Assembly: GCA_964016885.1 (NCBI GenBank)
Contig: OZ024742.1
Location: 300,328,001-300,392,000, forward strand
Direction: 5' to 3'
Source: Eledone cirrhosa
Lineage: Eukaryota
Length of the DNA stretch: 64,000 nucleotides
The position numbers were made by a program, and so were the translations under genes. The notes below the pieces were generated by a model. The model was not told where the DNA came from, searched no databases, and saw nothing but the letters and a program-made list of their open reading frames with translations. Each line of letters opens with the position of its first letter. Position 1 is the stretch's first letter. Below are positions 1 to 11,112 of this stretch, piece by piece.

Positions 1-9
1 ACTACTTAC

Positions 10-138
10 CTCTACAAGAGCTTCAATTTGATGTAGCAGCATTGGTTTGTTACCAAATTCAACTAAAGGTTTCGGGTGGCTTAGTGTAAGAGGCCGAAGC
101 CTGGTGCCATAACCTCCAACTAGTATAAGGGCCTTCAT
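10..138 (-). CDS. GMPPB: Mannose-1-phosphate guanylyltransferase beta, first coding exon (gene continues beyond the left edge)
   Basis: Reverse strand reads [43 protein letters not shown], the [11 protein letters not shown] nucleotidyltransferase start typical of GMPPB. GTAAGT donor follows position 10. Acceptor TTTCAG ends at 152, implying an upstream non-coding exon. Confidence 0.93.
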
Positions 139-1681
139 TACTGTGAGGAATCTGAAATAATAAAGTAACTGCTTTTACAAACAGTTTATTTGCAATAATA
201 ATGTTCATTTCTATACATGATTATCCTACCTTAATATGCACATATACACATATTTAAAGCAGAGACTTGGCAGAATCACTAGAATGTCAGATAGAAAAGT
301 ATGTGGTAGTTGATCTGGTACTTTGAGTTCAAATACTGCTGAGATCAACTTGGCTTTTCATCCTTTCAAGGACAAAGTCTTAGTGCAGTAGAGAGGGTCA
401 ATTCTTCCTCTATTTTTTGCAATTTCTGAATATCACAGCAGTGCCCCTATGATTCCATAAGTTTAGGGTGATAATACTAATGGTCCTTTTTATATATTAG
501 CCTGTTCTTTGATTATCTTTCAGGGTGAGCACGAATGCCGACCGCCCAGGGCCCATGGATGGATATATATATACATATTTACACTTCCATGCACACCACA
601 CACATGATCTGAGTTCAAATCCCGCTGAAGTTAACTTTGCCTTTCATCCTTACGGGGTCGATAAAATAAAATAAAGTACCAGTAATGTACTGGGTAATTG
701 CTGGCCTTGTGCCTAAAACAATTATTTAACTGGTAAAAAAAAAAAATGGTTGTGCTTAATGGCTAACCTTTTCAATGTCCATGCATTAAATATGTTAACA
801 CTAATTTTTAAATATTGTTTTTCATACTGATGACATCTATAATTCATTCTCTAAACAATTCTAATTTTCTATGTCAGCCAGTGTATATTGTTGTACATTT
901 ATTTATGGCTAATTTATCTGAAGGCTTCAGTGATGAAGCCATAAGACAAAAACCTGTCTGGAGTTGTCTCCCATGAGTGTTCCAGTTATTCAGGTTGCCA
1001 CAAGAGGTGTCACAGAATGTAGCATCCCGGATGTGTGATAGAGTGGAGTCAACACCAGCAATTTGGGTGAATGTGAAAGTTGATTATATTGACACAGAAT
1101 TTGTTTGGTATTTTATTGACCCCAGAAGGATGAGATGCTAAGTAGACCTTGGAATAAATACTGCCAGGAATCTGTCCAACGTGTTAACAATTCTGGCAAT
1201 CAATTACCCTACATCTTCAATGTAATAATGTTACTCTGACATTTTGAAGAAAGTTTAATATAACTGATAAGATAAATGACAGACTTTACAACTAACATAC
1301 AGCAGTTACACCAGCAATGAATGATAAATATACATTAAAACAAAAATAGACTAAAATAAAAAAATTTTGTTTTTACAATAACTCTAGTAGATAATGTCAG
1401 TGATTGATTTGTCTGCCATCCATGATGACAGCTTTAGACAAGAAGTAATGGTGGGTTTGTGATGGTATAGAAAGACTACTAAACAGATATTCTGCACTTG
1501 TTTAGAAAATATATTATAACAAAGTATAAACAATTAGCTCTTTGAATATTATTTGTTTGTTTTAAATAAAGGTGTATTGAGTACAGGTATAGTTGTGTGC
1601 TTAAGAGGCTTCCTTTACAGTCACGTGGTTCTGGGTACTTTGCCGCACCTTGGGTGAGCTTCTTCATTAGAGTTCATGAAT

Positions 1682-3450
1682 ATCATCATCATCATCACCG
1701 TTTTACGTCCATTCTTCCACGCTAGCATGGGTTAGACGAGTTGTCCTGTTGGCTGACCTTGCCTTGCTCATACAGGAACTGATTTTGGCTTGATTTCTAC
1801 AGCTGGATGTCCTTCCTAACACCAACCTCATTTACAGTGAGTGCTGGGTTTTTTTTTTCCGTAGCACCTCCACGACCACTTTGTAGTGGAATGATAGGGA
1901 CCCCAGTCCTATCATCTCATTTCTACAGCAGAGTAAACTGGAGCAATGTGAAATAAAGTGTCTTGCTCAAGGAAACAACACATCACCGGGTCCGAAAATT
2001 GAACTCACAAACTTTCGATTGTGAGCCCAATGCTCTAACCACTAAGCCATGCGCCGTCATGTGAAATTTGTTAGATGGAAACTGTGCAGAAACCCATCAT
2101 ATATGGGCATGTGGGAGTATATACACAAGCACACACACACACACATCATCACCATTTTACATTCTTTATCTATGCTAGCATGGGTTGGACAGATTGTCAT
2201 AGTCTGGGACAAGACAGGAGAGATAACTATGTTTTGTTTATATGTTCCATATGGCTGAATACCCTCCCTAATGCCAACCACTTTACAGAATGTACTGGAT
2301 GCCATTTATGGCACTGGCATTAGGGAAGTTGTCATGTGCTCAGCAAGACTTGCACCTGTTGTAATACTATGTGTATCAGTACATTTGTTTCATGACTCAA
2401 TTGTTATTTGAAGTAAAATAAACAGGTTTTAACACAGCAGAGAATCGAAAATGGGGAGTGGCCATTGAAATAAATAACTTACACCACATATTTATATATC
2501 ATCAACATCATTTTAAGTACACTTTCCATACTGGCATAGATTGGACAGGTTGTCAAGAGAAACATCAGGTCTTATTTGGAGTTACTGTCCTCCATCTAGG
2601 ATTCATTTTTGGTATATCTCTCTATATGACAAATGTATAATCATCATCATCGTTTAAAGTCCATTTTTCACATTTGCATGGATTAGACGGCTTGTATTAC
2701 GAGACGAGTCAGTTCAGGAGATTGCATCTTGCCCATATAGATCTGTAGTTTACCTTGGTTTCTACGGTTAGATGCTCTTTCTAATACCAACCACTTTACA
2801 GAGTGGGTTGGGTGCTTTTTTTATCATGGCACCAAAACATCCATCCAACAGGGTGGATTGGATGGTTTTTGTTACGTCACCTGCATGACCATCTTACAGG
2901 GCAGACTGGGCAAATTTTGTCATGTCACCAACATGACAACCTTACAGGGTGGACTGGGTGCTTTTTTGCCATGTCACCAGCACGACTGTACATATATCTG
3001 TGGCAACTCCAGCTCATCAATATCACTTGGGCTTAACAACAAGAACTCAAAGGCATGCATGAAGGTCTCAAACATTAAACCAAAGCTTTTCAAACTTTTC
3101 ACCAATGGCTCATCTTCATCATGAATTCATTTCGCAGCCCCTGTCACTCAATACAGCCTGTTTTAATGTAGCCTCATTAAATTTGGATCATCATCACCAT
3201 TTTACCACACTGTCATGGGTTAGACGAGTTGCTCTGTTGTGGGCAATGCTAGGTCAGGTAACCATGTCTTGCTCATACAGAATTAATTTTGGCTTGGTTT
3301 CTACAGCTGGATGCCCTTCCTAATGGCAACCTCATTTACAGTGAGTACTGGGTACTTTTTGTTGTGATGCCTACATAACCAGTTTACAGTGTGGTATGGG
3401 TGCTTTTTGTCGTGACACCTACACAACCACTTCCACTTTACAGTTTGGGC
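1682..3450 (-). mobile_element. Cluster of short RTE-3'-end derived repeats (about 1682-1885, 2145-2320, 2640-2830, 3188-3450)
   Basis: Each starts (CAT)n...CATGGGTT and contains a GGATGCCCTTCCTAAYRCCAACC-like motif shared with the RTE 3' UTR. Confidence 0.75.
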
Positions 3451-4855
3451 TGGAGGCTTCACTGGATGCATAACATTATTATGAACAACAATTTTTTTTT
3501 AAGCCAACATTTTAAGTTATAAATTTGAAAGATCGCTATATTATTTCAATAACAGTGAATTAAAATCATTTAAGATCTTTAAGATTATTCTTAATAGTCT
3601 GAATCTAATTACTGGAAGGGTGAATGAAAGCTTGTTTATTCATTTCATGGGGCTGAATTGTATGAGTTTGAATTGGCCACATAAAATTTTGTTTATAACA
3701 TTTTATATTTTTTCATAGTTTCATCAGAAATTTAGAAGTCTTTTGTAAATATTATAAGTCAAGAATGAATGTAGTATTCTGGGATAGTTCTTACTGATTT
3801 GAAGTAGGTAGACTCTTTCCCTGGCTTATCTAGGAGGATAGTATTACTGATTTGATCTGTGACGACCTGTCCAACCCCAAACAACATGGAACAATAGAAG
3901 TTAAATGATGATAATGATCTCACCGAATAACAATCTCGGTCCGGTATGGGGATATTTGGTAATAAAAATGTTAGAGATCACTGCACAAATGGAGATATTT
4001 TGCATATTAAACCAATTAATAACAAAACAACGAAGGAAAATTTATAAGCAGTGGCTCAACCTGCTAGAAACAGAAACCAAACCTCCCTCAAACACACACT
4101 AGCATCTTAAATAAAGACGGTATGATCACGGCTGAAATACGTTTAATCATCATAGGTCTGATCTGATTGAGCAGACCTGGAACTAAACAACTAAAAATCT
4201 TTTATTATAAATAAACAAACAACCAGGTCATTTGTTTAGGGGAGTGTAGAATAAATCAGCCACGAAGTGATGCTCGACTACCTAACGTTTTCGTGTGTTG
4301 TCAGGATTGACCTAGAGCTGAACACCAATTGACAACATAGCCACGAATGTCCACGTAGATGGATCATAGAAGCAAATAAATAAATAAATAAAATATTTAA
4401 ACATGATGAAATATTGATTCTTAGTAGACACTAACTGACAAAGCAAGAGGGCTAATTTCACAGCAAACAAAGATGTATTAAACATATTTTATTGACCTCG
4501 GAAGGAAAAAATATAAGTTGACCACGGCGAGATTTGAACTCAGAACGAAGAAGACAAAAAAGAAAAAAAAACATTATCAAGCGATTATTATTTTAAACCA
4601 CAATTGTTAACCTTGTGCCTAAATCAGAAACCATTATTTAAACACTAAACGAAAAAAAAAAAAAGAAGGTTTTAAAAACAGTATCTCTTAAATAAAAAAA
4701 TAAAGTAGTTTCCTTCGAGTACAGAAATTGTTAATAAAGCGGGTGTAGCAGATCAAGTTGATATGGTTGGTTGTTAAGAGGACCAGCAATAAACGTCAAT
4801 AATATATTTTATTTTTCAAATCGAGATCTAGTCAAGTAAAATAGCAACTCTAAAA

Positions 4856-6076
4856 ATGTATGGTCAAATATCAACATACTAACTTATTATTCAGAAATAT
4901 TTATGAATTATACTATTTATTAGACAAGTGACTTGATCTAAGATGTGTCCTGAAACTGAAGCAATTACATCCTGTTAGTGGCATGAATGCGATTTAAAAT
5001 GACATACGTATATCGTTACACGCACTTTTGTTTATTTCTTAATAGTACAAGTGTAATATAAAATGCTAAAAGTTTCGCGTCGAACTTCTCCATCCTATCA
5101 TTGGCATATATAAAGTGGAAGGGTCTCAGAAATCAGACGAAACTTTTTAACATGTTATATCATATGATATTATTAATAAATAAATAAAATCGAATGTAAT
5201 GGTGCATATGTGTATCTTGGGACCCTTGAAAATAGATTGCGAAACAAAAACAAAAATAATAAAATATCTCGTCTGATTGACATTGCGTATACACGTTAGG
5301 ATTAGGAATGGGGTTTGTTAAATTACTAATGATTCTTCTGCGAAGTAATCGTTAAAATATTATTCATTATAAGACAAAACCCTAGTTAAATTGTCATTAA
5401 CAAATAAAGACTAGAGAAATTGATCAGGTAATTATTATTCAATTCCCGATCGAATACTAAAAGTAATAGTATCTCTAAATTAAATCTAAAACCGAAACGT
5501 TTGAGGCGTGGGTCCAGTTGATATGGTTGTTAAGAAGGCCGGACAACAAAGCCGGTAATTAGTAAAATACGCATGTAATGGTATTTATATTTAATATATT
5601 TCATCGTTTGAAGAAGAGGATTTTGATAGGTAGTGAATAAAAATATATATTATAGATTATAGAAAATAAAATACCTTTGAAATACTGCGCTGATAGATAA
5701 TAATTTCAATAGGCGTATAGAGAAGGGAATGCTTATACAGTCTGCCACGAGTACTTAGCTGTAATGACAACGAGGCTAGATAAACTTTACTTCTTGTCAA
5801 CATGGCGATCTTTAAGTTGTCACTTGGCAACTAATTACTTTGTTATTATTTTGGTTAGTTTAGTTAATTTATAACAACATTTGTGAACAATAGCGTCGTT
5901 GATTACGGTTTTCCAACGAACCTGAGTGGCAAAAGAAAAGAAAAGCATATGTAACTCGATGCAAAGGAATTTATTCTCGCGTTGGACTATGTTCAAAGAG
6001 CACCGGTCATTCACCACTGTTTACATGTTCATAACAACAGTTCTAGACACGTAGAAGCCATTTCTATGTTAAATAT

Positions 6077-6126
<50 letters not shown>

Positions 6127-6345
6127 ATATATATATATATCAATATTTATTATCGTATTTATTATAGTTACACGTATGCGTGTAACGATATACGTATGTC
6201 ATTTTAAATGGCATTCATGCCACTAACAGGATGCAATTGCTTCAGTTTCAGGACACATCTCAGATCAAGTCCCTTGTCTAAGAAATAGTATTATTCAGAA
6301 ATATTTCTGAATAATAAGTTAGTATGTTGATATTTGACCATACAT
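4856..6345. repeat. Inverted repeat pair 4856..5024 / 6177..6345 (169 bp, 7 mismatches counted)
   Basis: Manual alignment of the reverse complement. Confidence 0.93.
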
Positions 6346-6436
6346 ATATATAACGACAGGAACTCAGCCGACGCGGTCCCGAATCCTTCGTGTATATATA
6401 TATATATATACCGACTCAGCTCAGGTAACTGACCTT

Positions 6437-7657
6437 GTGGGCTTATTTTTAATCAATTCGCTACATAGAAAAATACCTGGTACTACCGGAGGTTTATATA
6501 GGGATGACATGCTTTTACTTATTAATAATAATAACCCTGAACTAAATAGAAAATGTAAACAAATTACAAAATTTTTTAATTACTTTAACCTTAAAATAGA
6601 AATTGAGAACAACCATAGAATAGTCAATTTCCTAGATATAACATTAAATCTCAACACATGTCTCCACTATCCTTTTCACAAGTTGAATGAAAACTTAAAC
6701 TATGTCAACTTTAACTCTAACCACCCCAGATCTGTCAAAAACACTATAGTAAACTCAGTCCAAAAACGTATCTCTAGGATCTCGTCGAATAGAAAGATTT
6801 TTGACGAAAAGGCCCAATACTATAATGATGCACTAGCTAGGGCAGGGTATGCTGATAAGATTGTGTACATAGATAATGATAAACAAACTAAACAAAGTAA
6901 CAACTTTTTTAATGACGGCAACAACATTAACAACTATAATAGAAAGCATTACAATAATTCCAAAGGACAAAAAAGAAATAGAACTAGGAACATAATTTGG
7001 TTTGCCCCCCCTTTCTCACTAAACATTAAAACCCACATCGCTAAATTATTTTTCAAAGCTCTTGATAATCGCTTCCCTAGAACACATAGGTACCACTCAA
7101 TCTTCAATAGGCATACAATTAAATTAACCTACTCATCCACCAAAAATTTAGCACAAAATATTAATAGAATAATTAATATGAACTTAAAACCTACTGATAA
7201 TAGCATAAATAATATACAAGTTAACAAATGTAACTGTAGAGATAGATCTAAATGTCCGTTAAATAACAACTGCTTAGTTAAAAATATAGTATACAATTGT
7301 AATGTTAATACTGACTCTAATTCTTTTAACTACGTCGGTTCCACATCGACGGAATTTAAACTTCGCTATAATAACCACAAGAATTCTTTCACAGATCCAA
7401 ATAAAAAATCTTCAACGGCACTATCAGGTGTACTCTGGCAACTTAAGCTAGATAACGTTAGATATTCGACGGCTTGGAATATAGTCTCAAGAGGGATTCC
7501 TTTTAATTCATCCTCTGAGACATGTGACCTCTGCGCAGAGGAGATATTCTTTATACTAAAATCTAAAAATTCCCTTAACCTACGGACAAATTTATTCAGT
7601 TGTTGCAAACATAGATTAAACTCAACGTTTAAATATAAATTTAAATTTAAAATGTAG
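6437..7657 (+). CDS. Penelope-like RT C-terminal half plus GIY-YIG endonuclease (uninterrupted 406 aa, N-truncated)
   Basis: ORF track; YRDD catalytic motif; GIY-YIG-like VY...YVG...RYNNH; C-terminal CDLC...CKH. Confidence 0.9.
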   Translation: MGLFLINSLHRKIPGTTGGLYRDDMLLLINNNNPELNRKCKQITKFFNYFNLKIEIENNHRIVNFLDITLNLNTCLHYPFHKLNENLNYVNFNSNHPRSVKNTIVNSVQKRISRISSNRKIFDEKAQYYNDALARAGYADKIVYIDNDKQTKQSNNFFNDGNNINNYNRKHYNNSKGQKRNRTRNIIWFAPPFSLNIKTHIAKLFFKALDNRFPRTHRYHSIFNRHTIKLTYSSTKNLAQNINRIINMNLKPTDNSINNIQVNKCNCRDRSKCPLNNNCLVKNIVYNCNVNTDSNSFNYVGSTSTEFKLRYNNHKNSFTDPNKKSSTALSGVLWQLKLDNVRYSTAWNIVSRGIPFNSSSETCDLCAEEIFFILKSKNSLNLRTNLFSCCKHRLNSTFKYKFKFKM

Positions 7658-8035
7658 TATATTTAGTTTGATTTATATTTATATGAGAACTAGCCGATAA
7701 ATCTTTTGATTCCTAAATCTTTGATTCCCTCTTTTTACTCTTTTTATTGTTTATTTTATTTTATTTATTTTTATTTTTATTTTTATTTTTATCTAAACAT
7801 TCCTCATGAAAAATTAAGCTACCCTAAAAGCCGATGCTCCAAATTTTTGAATTAACCTTACACTTGATAAACTTATATATTAAATATAGGAACATATGTA
7901 GACATTATTGGACATCATAATCTTTTTTTGCGATATTCCTTGCTAGATGTGATTTGATAGATAATTTTTGGCTTTGTCTTGTAGTGAACTTGGCAATATA
8001 TTGTCAATTAACTTTGAAGGGTTGTTCTTTGTGGT

Positions 8036-8240
8036 TTATTTTTATTTTCATTTTTATTTTTATTTTTATTTTTATTTTTATTTTTATTTTTATTTTTATT
8101 TTTATTTTTTATTTTTATTTTTATTTTTATTTTTATTTTTATTTTTATTTTTATTTTTATTTTTATTTTTATTTTTATTCTTTTAGTATTGTAGTATTCT
8201 ATAATATTTTTATTTTTTATTTTATTTTATTTTTATTTTT
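8036..8240. repeat. (ATTTTT)n microsatellite within the PLE 3' UTR
   Basis: Directly visible. Confidence 0.95.
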
Positions 8241-9230
8241 AATATTTTTATATGTATATTTTTATATGTAAAGTTTTAATACGTAATATTTTTAATACGT
8301 AGTATTTTTAATATGCAATATTTTTATTATGTAATATTCTTTCGTAATATTTTTTTTTAGTTTTCTATTCTATATTTTTATATTTTTATATATTTTTACT
8401 TATTATCATTATTATTGTTATCTCTGCTTATAATATAATATATATTTTCGATTAGTATATTGAAATCTGCTCTCTATTTCTGCTTGATAGATAATCTTGT
8501 AGAGTAATCGCAAGAATAATAATACGCTCAAATTTTTATACCACATTGAGAATGTTTTCCGGTAACTTTGAATTTGCGGAGTGAATCAGTTGGATTCACA
8601 TAGACATATGAATTTTTTAAAAAACTAAACATAAGATAATGAATTTTCACGCATTGTGAATACTTGTTTCATTCAGGAATACTGATATTTACAATATAGT
8701 GTAAGTTTTATAAATACTAATACATTAAAACATAGGGTTCTCTACGCCTCGAATATGTCTGGCTATTTTTAAATTTTTTCTCTCTATATATCTCTCTATA
8801 TCTCTCTATATATCTCCCTTACATTAATACTTGAGCTAAATAAATAAATAAATAAATAAATGCATCATTGATACACTTACTCAAAATGACCTCCCACTAC
8901 CTAATTTTTCTATATCTATATTTATATATGTATCTATCTCTACTTCCTCTCTCTCTCTATATATATATATATCTCTTTCTGTCTCTTTACATGAAGCTCT
9001 TCGCTTTATCTATTTTTCCATCTCTCTATTTTGTCCCATGCATTTCTTCTTTTTCTTTTTCTTCTTTTTCTTCCTTTTCTTCGTTTTGTCTTTCTTTCTT
9101 TCCTATTTCCCTCTATTCTCTCTCTCTTTCTTTCTCTCTGTATTTTCACTGCTAGAGTGAACCTCTTCAAATGAAGTTGATGTTTATTACGGTATGTCGA
9201 ATATATTTATCTATAAAACTGTTTATATTG

Positions 9231-9296
9231 TATTTTGTCTGATGAAGGCATAGCATATTGTTAATATGATATCCCCGAAATATATATAATGAAATA
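9231..9296 (+). ncRNA. Minimal type-I hammerhead ribozyme in the PLE 3' end
   Basis: TATTTTGT-CTGATGA-A-[GGCATAGCATATT GTT AATATGATATCCC]-C-GAAA-TATATA-TA^ATGAAATA. Stem I 8 bp (2 G-U), stem II 11/13 pairs, palindromic stem III. Confidence 0.75.
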
Positions 9297-9336
9297 AATA
9301 TGGTTTTATAAATATAGTTTTCCATTTATTTAATAT

Positions 9337-9390
<54 letters not shown>

Positions 9391-10189
9391 ATCTCTCTAA
9401 TACTTAGACATCTCAATGAAAATATAAGATATATTAATAAATTATCAACTCAGAGAAGCAATTAAACATATTAAACTTAAGTTTAATACGTTTATATGTG
9501 TGTCTAGGAAGGCGTGTAACGAAAATTACAGGCAGTTTGCCAGTCAGAGGACTCAACGCAGTTCCACAGGTCCGTCAAGTGTAGAGTTAATACCTCCGTG
9601 TATCTAAGGGCTAAAGGCAGCTGTGACCTCCTTCTTCTTCGTCGTAGGTCGTAGGGGCAATCCTCAAACACCCCTTCTAGCGGGTCATGTCAGAAGCAAC
9701 TGTCTCCTACTGATCCGACTGGATCACCAAGCGAGACCAGCCAAGCTCATGCATGTTATGCAACCACCTTGCTTGGAGTCTACCCCTGGGTCTTCTGCTG
9801 GTTGGTTTTGTCTGTAAAATCTGTCCAGCAATTCTTTCTTGAGACATTCTAATCACATGCCTAAAGTGTCGGAGCTGTGATCTCTCAATTTGGAGAAGTA
9901 GCAGCTCTACCTGGTGTGACTATCTGATCTATGAGCTACGCACTCTATCAAAAACCCTTCGGAGGAACCCCATTTCGGCCGCTTGATTAATTTAATATTC
10001 CTATAAAACATCATCGAAGGGCAACATTCAACCAATTCAAAGTATTTTCATGAGATATGGTATATCTTTTCGACATTTCGTCATCATCTCGTATTTCAAA
10101 CTAAATCCATGTAAATTAAGGTCTATGGAAAGATTTAGATATCGTTTGTTTTAATTTGAAATGCGAGGTAATAATGAAAACCTTTATTC

Positions 10190-10525
10190 AAAAGCAAAAA
10201 AAAACAGACCTTATTATGTAAGAAAAAAAAAAGGGGGGGGGGGCACAAGAAAAGAAAAAAATAGGGAAAATTGGAAAAAGAAAAAGGGAGGGGATGGCAA
10301 GAGCTCTGGTGTCGCAGAAGAGAGGGGGAGGGCGATTGGGCCTAGGGCAAGGAGCAGGAGTGCTGCGCCCTGCGGACAAGACGACAACAGTATTACCCGG
10401 ACGATGGCCAGTGACACCCGCTGCAACAGCCACCCAACCTCACGGGGCTCCCTCTTCAGACGGGCCGTCGACGCTCCGATCTTGCGAAGGAGCTCGGCAG
10501 TACGGGGTTCAAGTACGCCTGAGGA
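10190..10525 (-). mobile_element. 3' fragment of a CRE-type (restriction-like endonuclease) LINE
   Basis: Minus strand reads GVLEPRTAELLRKIGASTARLKREPREVGWLLQRVSLAIVR, the C-terminal RE..WL.QR.S.A..RGN motif, followed by a 3' UTR shared with 34800, 35600 and 58300. Confidence 0.7.
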
Positions 10526-11015
10526 TGAAATAACGCTGTCTTTTCTAAAGACATTTATAATGTAAAGTGAGTTTAATTCAACTACAATTCAAAACCACAG
10601 TGTGTTCAGTACACCCCATTCGAATTCAGTGGGACTTTTTTTCTCCAAAAAGTGGTACAGACGTCTGAATTCAAGTCAAAACAAACAATAGGCGCAAGTG
10701 TAAAGAAGTAGTTATTTTATCAACCCTGGAAGGACGAAAGGTAAGTTATAAATTTACCGGACGATAGACAAAGTTGACCGCGGTGTGATTTGAACACAGA
10801 ACGTAAATATTAATTTACATTATAACCTTGTGTAATCCCGAAGCATTTTATGTTAATTAAATAAACTGAATTTTATGTAAATAAAATAAACAACAGGTTA
10901 TACATATATAAATGGAGCCTCAAGTCAAAATAGTTTCTATATTATGTTATGTATTAAGAGAAGAAATAATAAGGTGTGGAGAGAGAGAAAAACCAAACAA
11001 AATTTTACACAGAAA

Positions 11016-11112
11016 ATGTTTACGTCACAGAAAAATGAGAAAATAGTCGAATTTTCACTGTCTGATTTGAATTCGGATGTTCTTGACGATTTCCCACTAA
11101 GCTTTAACGAAG
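11016..11112 (+). CDS. ACTR8: ACTR8 putative exon 1
   Basis: ATG at 11016, MFTSQKNEKIVEF...FNE, donor GAAG|GTAGGT, phase 1 fits exon 2. No recognisable homology. Confidence 0.6.

Larger units (their letters stand above)
6412..9340 (+). mobile_element. 5'-truncated Penelope-like retroelement (RT plus C-terminal GIY-YIG) with long 3' UTR, between (TA)n tracts
   Basis: Frame starts directly after (TA)n at DSAQVTDLVG. RT motif GLYRDD, VNFLDITL, SNHP thumb, CNCRDRSKCPL linker, endonuclease NIVY...YVGST...FKLRYNNH. The 3' end carries a hammerhead motif and then (TA)n. The 3' boundary is inferred. Confidence 0.85.

Noticed and set aside
3700-3730. Minus-strand CTGATGA-AACTAT-GAAA hammerhead-like core
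   Set aside because: No stem II and no convincing stems I or III.
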